From positions 1 through 39,622 of IMG/VR virus record IMGVR_UViG_3300005077_000044: 39,622 nucleotides of DNA, one strand, 5' to 3'. The DNA is from a virus (Duplodnaviria > Caudoviricetes). A model generated the notes under the pieces. The model was not told the DNA's origin and ran no database searches. It saw only the letters and a list, made by a program, of their open reading frames with translations. Both the position numbers and the translations under genes were made by a program. This document shows, piece by piece, positions 18,031 through 27,359 of this stretch (the first letter of the stretch is position 1; each line of letters opens with the position of its first letter).

Positions 18031-19715
18031 TGGCGATGTTATTTATGAGTGGATGGGAAACTGGCACGAATCTTGATCTGTGGGACTCTTATAGCCTAGC
18101 CAATGGGGCTGTTTCTACCACTTATAGACGTGGATCACATTATTCAATGCTATTTTCCAATGCCGGGGAATACTCTACTAAATCTTTTACAGCTGCATCC
18201 GAAATTTATTTTCAAGCCGCAATAGCTTGGACTGGAGATGATGCATTTAATTGCTATGGCATTTACTTTAAATTTTTAAATGATAGTAGTTACCCAGTTT
18301 GTATTGGAGTGGATCAAACGGGTCGTATTTATGTGACGACTGCTCACAATCGATTACTTGCCACAGGAATCACCTCTCTTGATAGATTTAGGTGGCATGT
18401 TATCGAAGCACGAATTAAACCTAGTACGACTGATGGCATCATTCAGATCAAAGTTAATGAACGGCTTGAAATTGATTATAGTGGCTCAATAGGATCAACT
18501 ACTGCCGTTGCTAGATACCGTTTTGAAAGTGGAGCCCTAACAACGGACTCAGCTGGATCCAATACATTATCCACCATCGGATCTCCCACAGCTAACACTG
18601 GAGACTATAGAGAAGGTTCAGCCGCCGCAGACATTGATACATCAAATGGCTATTACATAGCAAGTGCCAATCAATCATCCGACTTCCCTTTAAAGTACAA
18701 TTCAAGCAATACTCGGTTGACTTACACCTTTTGGTTCAAAGCTTCGGCAACTGGGAGCTGGCGTGGGTTGGTGGGAAATCTTTATAGTGGTTCCCCCACA
18801 TATCGAATAGGCCCGATCTTGAACGTGGCTGATCTTCGATATGAGTGGGGCGCTTCAGAGATTGACACGGGGATTGATATTTCTACTGGCGTTTGGTATC
18901 ATTGTGCGTTCTGTGCGGATGCTGCCTATGGCTATGCATACATGCGTTTATATAACGCGTCCACTGGAGTCGTTTCGGAATATGTAAAAACCGACCATGT
19001 CGCCATTACAGATTATCAATCGACGTTTAGTATTGGCAGTATGGCTGGCACTTCCTCGTATCGCTTTGTTGGCATAATTGATGAGGTTCTTGTCTTCAAT
19101 GATATCTTGAATGTGGCCACAATAGACTCGATTCGTAACAGCACTTATTCGGGGATTACCGGCACAGGTACTGTAGACGGGATTCAGATTTATAGTCCGA
19201 CCAATGCCGACCTTTATGTGGACGACGTAATAGTAAATGATACTTCCGGGGATTATAATAATTCCTGGCCTGATGGAGCATTTGTAATTTCAATGACTCC
19301 CAGGAGTGACTTAGTTACTCAATGGACGGCCCCCCTTGAAGTTGAAGATCATTGGATGCACACTGGCACCAATGTGGTGACCAGTGCCTATTATCCTGGA
19401 TTTATCTATCACGCAGGGGTAACCCCCGGGCTTATTGAATTGTATGGCCTTGAAGAAACTCCCGTGGAACTTGCTTATGTTGACTCAATTCAACCAGTTA
19501 TAGAAGGATTCAAATCGATTACATCTCCGACAATTACAGCCTTAAGGGCTTTAATAACTGTTGATGGTACAACATTCAATTCTTCTACATTTGACTTAAC
19601 CATTCATGATGCTTTCTATGTACCTACTATTTGGCAGTACAACCCGGTAGCTGGAACCCCTTGGACTAGCTCTGATCTTGACAGCTTGGCAATAGGAGTG
19701 GAGTCAATTTACTAA
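18030..19715 (+). CDS. Virion structural protein, GFE-family paralog 4, with an internal LamG domain
   Basis: MAMLFMSGWE...; LamG segment at about 18504-19155; YVDDVIVNDTSG.YNNSWP resumes after it. Confidence 0.7.
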   Translation: MAMLFMSGWETGTNLDLWDSYSLANGAVSTTYRRGSHYSMLFSNAGEYSTKSFTAASEIYFQAAIAWTGDDAFNCYGIYFKFLNDSSYPVCIGVDQTGRIYVTTAHNRLLATGITSLDRFRWHVIEARIKPSTTDGIIQIKVNERLEIDYSGSIGSTTAVARYRFESGALTTDSAGSNTLSTIGSPTANTGDYREGSAAADIDTSNGYYIASANQSSDFPLKYNSSNTRLTYTFWFKASATGSWRGLVGNLYSGSPTYRIGPILNVADLRYEWGASEIDTGIDISTGVWYHCAFCADAAYGYAYMRLYNASTGVVSEYVKTDHVAITDYQSTFSIGSMAGTSSYRFVGIIDEVLVFNDILNVATIDSIRNSTYSGITGTGTVDGIQIYSPTNADLYVDDVIVNDTSGDYNNSWPDGAFVISMTPRSDLVTQWTAPLEVEDHWMHTGTNVVTSAYYPGFIYHAGVTPGLIELYGLEETPVELAYVDSIQPVIEGFKSITSPTITALRALITVDGTTFNSSTFDLTIHDAFYVPTIWQYNPVAGTPWTSSDLDSLAIGVESIY

Positions 19716-22700
19716 TGGCTAACGACTTTTCAGCAGATTCATCTTGTAAAGCTTTGTGGCGGTTTGAACCTGGAGCTCTCACAACAGACGGCGTGAGCTC
19801 CAATACCTGGACCAATACCAATTGTGTGAGTGCTCCTTTTTACTGGGAAGGATCTGGAGCTGTTAAAATTTATGACTCGTACCTGACAATCAATAACGCG
19901 GACTTAGCAGCGGATTTTCCCCTTAAAAGTGGGGATGCTACAAAAGTTATGACTCTTTGCTTTTGGATGAGGACACTCAATCCATATGACTATAGCTATC
20001 GATATATTTACGCCTTGCATGACTATAGTTTGACCACTCGGACTATTGTATTATGTCTGTATAATGGCCAATTTCGGATATCAATCGCATACAATTCATC
20101 AGGGAGTGTGAATGATTACGATCTCGGACTCTATATGGAACCAGGAGCTTGGAATCATATTACGTTGTCTATTGACGGTGTAAATAAATTTTTGTGTGTC
20201 CAAGTTTGGAGTGAGAGAACTGGACTAGCATCAGTTTATCTAAATCTTGCACTGACCAATGTTATGTATGTCAGTGATCCACCTCTTCGACTTGGAGATT
20301 CCAGTACTACTACAGGCGCCAGGAAATCGTATGAATATTTAGATGAGATGATTGTTTTCAATCGGCTGCTGAATGATTGGCAGATAGCAGCAGTTCGAAA
20401 GGGAGTTTGGACGGGGGTAGGCCCCACTTTAGGCAGTAATAATTTTTCATCAATCTCAAGTCTGTGTGCTCAATATCGATTTGAATCTGGAGCTCTAACT
20501 ACTGACTCAAAAGGCACTAATACCCTCACTGCATCCGCGAGTTCTCCAACGTCTGCAACTTCACCTGCAGCATTTGTCGTGGCTGAGGGGTCGGGCTCCG
20601 CAAGATTTACTCGTGCGAGTTCTCAAGGCTTTTATTGTGTTGATGCCAGCTTAGCTGCGGGATTCCCATTTAAGAACGGTGATTCTACTAAAAAGCTCAC
20701 TGTGTGTGCTTGGTTTAAATCGTTCGGACATACCGGCAGTTCTTCGTATTATGCCATAGCCGCAAAGTGGAATTGGGGCTCCAGCAAACTTTGTTGGACC
20801 ATAGGACTTACAAACACCGATCAACTCTATCTTAATACCGGATATGGTTCTGGTACAAGCAATCAAGGTGGCGGCACCGCAACCCCTGTCAATGCTAATC
20901 AATGGTATCATGTCGCGGCCGTTTTGGATGGCGTTAACAAGCGGGCAATGCTTAGAGTTTACTGCCCTGCGACAGACAGGGTTTTTCATATAGATACTAC
21001 ATATACAAATGAAACTCGCGTTACCGACGCCGCTTTTACAATAGGATGTGAAGCCAACGGCGCAGGGTATGCGAATTACTTCAACGGCCTTATTGATGAA
21101 GTTTTGATCTTTAACGACACTTTATCAATCAAAGACATTGATGCAATTCGTAATGGCTCCTTCTCTGGATCTTCTTTAGATCGCTCCACCACTGTTGAAT
21201 CAGTTACACTCCAGGCTGCTGTTAGATATCCTAATAGAAGTAAACGTATTTGTATTGACCCTATAAATGGGAGTCCCCTCAATGCAGGACAATCTTTTAG
21301 TGAAGCCCTTCAGTATCCCAGTTCCAAAGCTATTTGTTCATCAGATAAAGTTTACGTAGCCAAAACCCCTGAAACTGCTTTGTCTGGAACCGCAACGGCC
21401 ACTCAAGATTCCTTCACGGTTGTAAATACTTCCAGTCTTTCATTAGTGCAAGATGATGTCCTTCGAATTGGATCTGACGATACTCTCTATTCGATTTATT
21501 CTTGTGCTGGTCTTACTATCCAACTCTGGAGACCCTATAGAGGTTCCACGGGTAGCGGAAAACAGTTATATCAATTAAATCCTTATTGCGTGAAGGGTGG
21601 AGATTGGACTTTCTCTACCCATGCCGCTGCGGGTGCAACCACCTTGATATGTGGAGGAATAGATACTGAAACACTTGATGCGGATGGATTTACTGTTATA
21701 GGGGGTCATTCTTTATATCAGCCTACTTTAATGGTAGATATCGGTCGCGCTTATGATATCTCAAGATTTGCATCTCATTATGCCTATAGCACCTCGGGCT
21801 TTATGATCGCTGCCCACCGAGTTCGAATTTCAAATTGTTTTTGCTTTGTTAGTGGCTATTTAAGAACGCTTGGCGTTTCAACAGCTGGGCTACAGGTGGA
21901 TAAATTTGTAGCTGAGCATACTTCATCGGGATTTAAAGCGGAGCGATTAACCGATTTTGAAGTCAATGACTTAGAGGTGTTTGCGTGCACTGAAGGAATT
22001 GATAGTTCTGAGCCTATCCTTAATGGGACTTTCAGGAGACTTAAAATTGGTAATTGTACTTATGGCTGGGAAATTAATTCAGGTAGGATTGCTAACGTTA
22101 AGGTGCTTGACAGTACTTTTGGAGATGGTGCCATCAATTCTGGAGCTGACTTACGCGTCTTTGGCTCCGCCACCTTTAGCAATTTTATATTCAAGAATTC
22201 AAAAATGCTGTCTCCTCAACTACTAATCGTCGGCACTGCTGATTATATTTGGGGTGGTAAGATTGGTTTCGAGCATTGTGTTACCAATTCACTTGGGTTG
22301 GGTAGCCCCAACTTTTGTCTCTATGGAAGCGATTGCGCGATATCCACATACACTCAACAATCTTATGCATTTAAATCCTCCCAAGATTCTTCAACTTATA
22401 GGACTGCACCCCCTTCGCTTAAAGTTGAGATGCCTTTCATGGCCCCTTTATTCCCCGAAGCAGTCCTGACCTTGCCTTTCACGGTTCCATGCATCGTGGA
22501 TACTCCGATTACAATTGGAGTCTATTTAAGGAAGAACACCTTTTATTTAGCTGAAAAGCTGCCGACTTTACGCGTAAGGTATTCAGCTGGTTCTTATGGA
22601 ACAAATGCTGAACGCATTCCTCCTCTCTACTATGAATCCGTTCCCTATCCCTATTACGCCTCAGCCTCCTCTACTAGAACATCGTATGGAGGCGAAGAAG

Positions 22701-23245
22701 CTTATCATGCCTTCGATGCTCAGGGCTCTTCTACTCGATGGGCGGCTGTTGGAGCCACTGGATGGCTAAAGTTATACGTTGGAGCTTCTGGCCTTGAAGT
22801 TTTATCTTATGCATTGACCAGTAGGTCCGATGGGTACCTAACGGAGATGCCTTCGGATTGGACTGTAGAAGGATCAAATGATAATTCAAGTTGGACAACT
22901 CTTGATACACGGACAGACCAGGTCTGGACTTCCTCATCTCAAACTCAATCTTTTACTTTGACTTCTACCGGGATTTATAGTTATTATCGATTAAATGTTA
23001 CCGCGAACGGAGGCTCATCAGTTCTTTCAGTTCCTGATTGGGTTTTATTTTACACCGCTGCAACGTCTGGGACAGTGACCACTCAAGAGGTTGAAACTAC
23101 AATGGCAGACGTTTCTGATACGTGGACTCAAGTTTCTATTGAACTCACTCCAGATGTCACGGAAGTACTTGATGTCGAACTTTTGATTTATTCTTCCCGC
23201 TCCCCAGCAGGTATTGTATGGGTAGATGACTTTACGGTATCATAA
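19715..23245 (+). CDS. Putative tail spike/adhesin: 2x LamG, beta-helix-like region, CBM-like domain and F5/8 type C (discoidin) domain
   Basis: Two LamG repeats; discoidin motif AFD...W...PSDWTVEGSND...WTTLD...YRL; C-terminal WTQVSIELTP...VWVDD. Confidence 0.75.
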   Translation: MANDFSADSSCKALWRFEPGALTTDGVSSNTWTNTNCVSAPFYWEGSGAVKIYDSYLTINNADLAADFPLKSGDATKVMTLCFWMRTLNPYDYSYRYIYALHDYSLTTRTIVLCLYNGQFRISIAYNSSGSVNDYDLGLYMEPGAWNHITLSIDGVNKFLCVQVWSERTGLASVYLNLALTNVMYVSDPPLRLGDSSTTTGARKSYEYLDEMIVFNRLLNDWQIAAVRKGVWTGVGPTLGSNNFSSISSLCAQYRFESGALTTDSKGTNTLTASASSPTSATSPAAFVVAEGSGSARFTRASSQGFYCVDASLAAGFPFKNGDSTKKLTVCAWFKSFGHTGSSSYYAIAAKWNWGSSKLCWTIGLTNTDQLYLNTGYGSGTSNQGGGTATPVNANQWYHVAAVLDGVNKRAMLRVYCPATDRVFHIDTTYTNETRVTDAAFTIGCEANGAGYANYFNGLIDEVLIFNDTLSIKDIDAIRNGSFSGSSLDRSTTVESVTLQAAVRYPNRSKRICIDPINGSPLNAGQSFSEALQYPSSKAICSSDKVYVAKTPETALSGTATATQDSFTVVNTSSLSLVQDDVLRIGSDDTLYSIYSCAGLTIQLWRPYRGSTGSGKQLYQLNPYCVKGGDWTFSTHAAAGATTLICGGIDTETLDADGFTVIGGHSLYQPTLMVDIGRAYDISRFASHYAYSTSGFMIAAHRVRISNCFCFVSGYLRTLGVSTAGLQVDKFVAEHTSSGFKAERLTDFEVNDLEVFACTEGIDSSEPILNGTFRRLKIGNCTYGWEINSGRIANVKVLDSTFGDGAINSGADLRVFGSATFSNFIFKNSKMLSPQLLIVGTADYIWGGKIGFEHCVTNSLGLGSPNFCLYGSDCAISTYTQQSYAFKSSQDSSTYRTAPPSLKVEMPFMAPLFPEAVLTLPFTVPCIVDTPITIGVYLRKNTFYLAEKLPTLRVRYSAGSYGTNAERIPPLYYESVPYPYYASASSTRTSYGGEEAYHAFDAQGSSTRWAAVGATGWLKLYVGASGLEVLSYALTSRSDGYLTEMPSDWTVEGSNDNSSWTTLDTRTDQVWTSSSQTQSFTLTSTGIYSYYRLNVTANGGSSVLSVPDWVLFYTAATSGTVTTQEVETTMADVSDTWTQVSIELTPDVTEVLDVELLIYSSRSPAGIVWVDDFTVS

Positions 23246-23472
23246 TGGAAAGATGGAATTATTTTGAAGCAGTTTATGTGTGTGAGAAATGTGGTAGGCC
23301 TTTCTCCTTCATCGTGAGATCTCTTCTTGAGCAGAGATCGGAAGCTATGAAAAGATTGAACGGTTTTCCAAAGTGCTTTAGATGTTTGTCAACCAGCTCT
23401 GATCATGAACTTATGGGCTTCGAAGTGATGGACCTAAGTCATTTAAATGGGCTTATCACTTGGGTCACCTAG
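23245..23472 (+). CDS. Small zinc-ribbon protein
   Basis: CEKC and CFRC pairs; TAATG coupling. Confidence 0.6.
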   Translation: MERWNYFEAVYVCEKCGRPFSFIVRSLLEQRSEAMKRLNGFPKCFRCLSTSSDHELMGFEVMDLSHLNGLITWVT

Positions 23473-23528
23473 GCGCCCTTATACTGATTTTAAAACAAAT
23501 TCTTTAGTGAAGGGTCGGAGGTGGTCAT

Positions 23529-23843
23529 GTGAAAGTTTTAAAGTGCTTACTCTCATTTTTAATTGCATTCCCTGTTGTTGTAGGTGCGTCTACAGGGGGA
23601 GTAATTGCCGCTCAAGATCCGAACTCTTTCAATACAATCCGGGATGTCATTATTCCTCTCGCTAATATGGGGATTGGGGCCATCATCGCAGTTCTTTTGA
23701 TTTGGCAGATCTTTCCGATCCTGAATCGTAATACTGAAACCTTACGAGAGATTGCAGCTACCTTAGACGTCATCTCGAATAACAATCTCCGCTTAGCTGA
23801 AAAACTTCTTGATATAATTGAGAAGCAATCTCTTAAAAGGTAG
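23529..23843 (+). CDS. Holin-like membrane protein (BhlA/YvrJ-like)
   Basis: GGAGG RBS; two hydrophobic segments followed by an NT..L.EI coiled-coil tail. Confidence 0.45.
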   Translation: MKVLKCLLSFLIAFPVVVGASTGGVIAAQDPNSFNTIRDVIIPLANMGIGAIIAVLLIWQIFPILNRNTETLREIAATLDVISNNNLRLAEKLLDIIEKQSLKR

Positions 23844-23853
23844 GACCTGGCTG

Positions 23854-24057
23854 ATGCTTTCAACCCTGATGGAGTTTTCAAACACTACAACCAAGTTGGC
23901 GTACATTTCCCATAAAATATTACAAATTAGGCAAAAGGAAAGGCATGTCAGCGAAATCTTAGAACAGCGGTTATCTCTATTTGCGGACCATATATTGCCG
24001 ACACGCCGCCCTAAAAACTGCATGGAGGGTTTTTCGAATGGCGGTGGAGCTGATTGA
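23854..24057 (+). CDS. Hypothetical protein
   Basis: The ORF fills the gap between the holin-like and speD genes; AGGA lies upstream of ATG 23854. Confidence 0.4.
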   Translation: MLSTLMEFSNTTTKLAYISHKILQIRQKERHVSEILEQRLSLFADHILPTRRPKNCMEGFSNGGGAD

Positions 24058-24451
24058 AATTGAATATCCATTCCCAAACCTGGCTCCTCGGGTTTGTCGT
24101 CAAAGGGCATTAGTTGAAGCATCAGGATGTGAAGGTATTGACCGCTTCAACTTCATTCATATTTTTCTCGAACTTTTATGTACTACCCTTGAAATGAAAC
24201 CAATGTCAGCTCCTATGTTGATGCGCGTTCCCGTCTTACATCAGATGGGGAGTAATCCTGATGACTATGGAATCTCTGCATGTCAAATATGGCTTGAAAG
24301 TGGTGTTACCATTCATGCATGGCCTGACCATGGGTTTCTGATGTGTAATGTTGAGACTTGTAAACCGTTCGACGTCCATGCCTTAAGTAATTTAGTCGAA
24401 GAGTACTTCAATGCTGAATGTGTTCAAGTGACCAATGTTCTGACTAAATAA
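24038..24451 (+). CDS. speD: S-adenosylmethionine decarboxylase-family (pyruvoyl) protein
   Basis: GISA..WLES|GVTIHAWP...ETCKPFD matches the AdoMetDC self-cleavage and catalytic motifs; GGAGG RBS before ATG 24038. Confidence 0.8.
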   Translation: MAVELIEIEYPFPNLAPRVCRQRALVEASGCEGIDRFNFIHIFLELLCTTLEMKPMSAPMLMRVPVLHQMGSNPDDYGISACQIWLESGVTIHAWPDHGFLMCNVETCKPFDVHALSNLVEEYFNAECVQVTNVLTK

Positions 24452-24480
24452 GAGCATGCATAAATTTATGGAGCTTTAAA

Positions 24481-25509
24481 TTGGCGACAATTTATACGAA
24501 TGGGTTTGAGTGGAATAGCATTCATGAAACGCCTGTTAGAGGTGGGGATTCGCATGATTATTTTATATTAAGTACCTCACCTACCCCCCGCTCTGGTTCT
24601 TATTGTGTCCGTCTTTACAATTATCTTGATTATACGGATCGTCAAGGTATGCGAGTTTACCTATCGACTGCTCTAGATGAGTTGTACATACAATTTGCTT
24701 TTGCATGCGACAATCTTCCAGAAGATAGACGTCTATGTTATTGGATGGATACAGCCGGCGACCTTTTAGGTGAGTTGTGGGTGACTGATGCTAATCTTAG
24801 ACTCGCGATAGGTGGTTCGACAGTTGCGACAGGTTCTCGTGTTTGTAGCACTGGAGCTGTTTGGCATTGTGTCGAACTACATATTTTAATAGATAACTCG
24901 AGCGGGAAAGTTACTTGTAAAGTAGACGGCTTGGTTGATTTTGATTACACTGGAGATACTCAACCCGGAGCCACTGACACTGTAAAGTCGATCGGCTGGG
25001 GAAGCTGGAATTACCTGGAAAATCTTTATATGGATGATATTATCATCAATGATACAACTGGAAGTTTCAATAATTCTTGGCCTGGATGTTTAAGTCTTAT
25101 CTTACTCCTTCCCAGCGGTGCAGGTACCTTCACTAATTTCACGCCAACCTCCGGTTCAAACTATCAATGTGTAGACGAAGTTCCCCCCTCTAGTACTGAC
25201 TATGTATACGCTAAAAGTTCAGGACTTACAGATTCTTACACCTTTCAAAACTTGCCCGCAGGTGCTTCAACAGTCTGTGTCCTAAATCAATCTATTTGGG
25301 CAAAGAAAGCTGAAGCGGTTGACACTTATCTTTGCCCAATTTTAGTTCAAGGAATTACCATCACGGCAGGTACCTCGATGCAAATAGATATGGGCTATAC
25401 ACTAAAGCAAAACTTTTGGCAATATAATCCTATTACGGGGGGCGTCTTTACACAGGAAGAGGTTGATTCTATTGAAGGAGGATTTGCATCCTTCGTCCCC
25501 TCTGAGTGA
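24481..25509 (+). CDS. Virion structural protein, GFE-family paralog 5
   Basis: TTG start with GGAG RBS; ATIYTNGFEWNS...YMDDIIINDTTGSFNNSWP. Confidence 0.7.
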   Translation: MATIYTNGFEWNSIHETPVRGGDSHDYFILSTSPTPRSGSYCVRLYNYLDYTDRQGMRVYLSTALDELYIQFAFACDNLPEDRRLCYWMDTAGDLLGELWVTDANLRLAIGGSTVATGSRVCSTGAVWHCVELHILIDNSSGKVTCKVDGLVDFDYTGDTQPGATDTVKSIGWGSWNYLENLYMDDIIINDTTGSFNNSWPGCLSLILLLPSGAGTFTNFTPTSGSNYQCVDEVPPSSTDYVYAKSSGLTDSYTFQNLPAGASTVCVLNQSIWAKKAEAVDTYLCPILVQGITITAGTSMQIDMGYTLKQNFWQYNPITGGVFTQEEVDSIEGGFASFVPSE

Positions 25510-25646
25510 TCGTAATTACATGCCGAGGCTTATTACACAGAGCTTCCCCTCCTCCCTCCATCTAAGCCCAGTATATCTATACTGGGCTCCCACCTTCATT
25601 ATCGGTCAAATTTAAAGAAGGATAAATTTTTATTGGAGGGCTAGAG

Positions 25647-25967
25647 ATGGCTGTAGTCGAAACATCTGATATTAGTAATAACTTTTTAATGCTGACCCCG
25701 GATGGGTCTAGTGATTGGGATTGTGCTACTAACCACTCAAAAGGTTTAAGAGTTTGGAGCATCCTTTTTTACCCTTCCGCCGCCAATGACGTTATCTGTT
25801 TGAAAGCGGATAATGATTTGGGTCCTATCATTTTCAAGGCGAAAGATGTTGATGGTAGGGGTCTTTTGATTAACTTGCCTGGAAATATCATCTTTCCGTA
25901 CCTGGATCAAAGTGAGTGCACCTTCTCTAATGCTGCTAACGCTCGCATTAGTTTTTGTTTAGTCTAG
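25647..25967 (+). CDS. Hypothetical (probably structural) protein
   Basis: GGAGG RBS; beta-rich; 106 aa. Confidence 0.6.
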   Translation: MAVVETSDISNNFLMLTPDGSSDWDCATNHSKGLRVWSILFYPSAANDVICLKADNDLGPIIFKAKDVDGRGLLINLPGNIIFPYLDQSECTFSNAANARISFCLV

Positions 25968-25976
25968 GAGGGTTGC

Positions 25977-26945
25977 ATGGCGTTTGTGACCAAATCTATT
26001 GGTGATTTCAATTACCAAGTATCAGTTGCCCCTCAATACAATGGAGCAGACAATGAATCTGCTTATGTATCGATCAATAGTTCGGGGGCTATGGTTGGTC
26101 GATATCCCGAGATCGTTGGCGAGGATGTATTTATTCGAGGGCTTTATTATGACGGCACCACACTGTCAACCATTCCAGCCCCCGCGGATGAATTACACGT
26201 CCTTTGTATTTCAATTAATGATTCAGGCCGCATCTTCTTCGCGGCAACTGATACTGATTATGATGAAACAACTTTCACTTACTACATCAAAGATGGCGAA
26301 ACCGTACAGAGCTTTATACTCCCTTCCGACATATCAGAAGGGGGCTTTACAAGTTACAATGCAATAGGAATGACATCCGATGGGTACGTGGTATTCAAAT
26401 GTCTTGATGTAGATGACTATCACTACTTTGTTTTTGATCCCCTCGATTATGAATATGGGTACTTTGATCATATTCCAAGCATTGGGCTTCCCACGGCTTT
26501 GTCTCTTACCATCACTGCGGTTCAAGATATCTTGTATGGTACTATAGACTCGGGTACGTCAGCCGGGTTTATTTTTAGCATCTCTGGATCTAATCTAGAT
26601 TTTCTCGGGAGTCGCGAAGAGCTCATTGTTCCCGTAACTTCAATTGAGTCTTGTAATCGAGACCAATTTGCATTTGCTACGGTTGAAGACTCACTACATT
26701 TCCGGAGAGTCAATCTTGAAGAGACCCTAGCAATAGGCTTGACCGATGCGACTGGGACCGTAGCAGAGACTAGCACGGGGCTTTCTGAACTCGGTGAAGG
26801 GGATATTTTCTATGCTATCCTGTATTGTGGTGGGACATATAATGTAGCCAAGCTACCCCAAGTTTTAAATTGGGACTTCGGTGGGGAAGAAGAAGAAGTA
26901 ACATCTAGTAAAAGTGTGTCACTGGGATGCTCCCTCAGTCTCTAA
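25977..26945 (+). CDS. Acidic, probably beta-propeller-like hypothetical protein
   Basis: AGGAGG RBS; SINSSG..VG and SINDSG repeats. Confidence 0.6.
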   Translation: MAFVTKSIGDFNYQVSVAPQYNGADNESAYVSINSSGAMVGRYPEIVGEDVFIRGLYYDGTTLSTIPAPADELHVLCISINDSGRIFFAATDTDYDETTFTYYIKDGETVQSFILPSDISEGGFTSYNAIGMTSDGYVVFKCLDVDDYHYFVFDPLDYEYGYFDHIPSIGLPTALSLTITAVQDILYGTIDSGTSAGFIFSISGSNLDFLGSREELIVPVTSIESCNRDQFAFATVEDSLHFRRVNLEETLAIGLTDATGTVAETSTGLSELGEGDIFYAILYCGGTYNVAKLPQVLNWDFGGEEEEVTSSKSVSLGCSLSL

Positions 26946-27153
26946 AAATTCACCATAAATTGACCCTACCCTGACCTTGACTCCCTTGGTTAAAAGGTCA
27001 AAAAGCCCTTTATATGCCTACATAACCTGCGCAATTATCAAGCGAAATTTGAGCGTAATTTTGATGGGTCAAGGTGAATTTTTCTTTTAATGAACAGGGC
27101 GGCCCTTCCATCCATTCCGATACCAAATTGATTTGAAACGGAGGTGTAGTCAA

Positions 27154-27300
27154 GTGGAGCCAATTAAAAAACCAAGAGTGTGTGATCGATGTTACCGAGT
27201 ACATGAGGAAGATTCTTCTATATGTTATTCGTGTAAGAAAGAGATCGCGGAGCTTGAAAGGGTCAGAGCAGATTCAGACGACGATGGGTGTCCTGATTAA
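27154..27300 (+). CDS. Small zinc-finger protein (48 aa; below the ORF-track cutoff)
   Basis: GGAGGT RBS and GTG start; MEPIKKPRVCDRC...CYSCKK...; the stop lies just before the terminator. Confidence 0.55.
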   Translation: MEPIKKPRVCDRCYRVHEEDSSICYSCKKEIAELERVRADSDDDGCPD

Positions 27301-27304
27301 ATTT

Positions 27305-27335
27305 AAAAGGGGTTCTTAGAACCCCTTTTTATTTT
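27305..27335. terminator. Bidirectional intrinsic terminator
   Basis: AAAAGGGGTTC-TTA-GAACCCCTTTTT between convergent gene blocks. Confidence 0.8.
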
Positions 27336-27359
27336 CCAGGATTATATTTCAAACATCAA

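Noticed and set aside
23529-24057. Complete lysis cassette
   Set aside because: Only a holin-like gene is present; no endolysin or spanin is recognisable.
7777-25509. Diversity-generating retroelement or shufflon behind the paralogous adhesins
   Set aside because: I saw no reverse transcriptase or recombinase, no near-identical template/variable repeat pair with adenine-specific differences, and no inverted cassettes. One could still be encoded outside the window.
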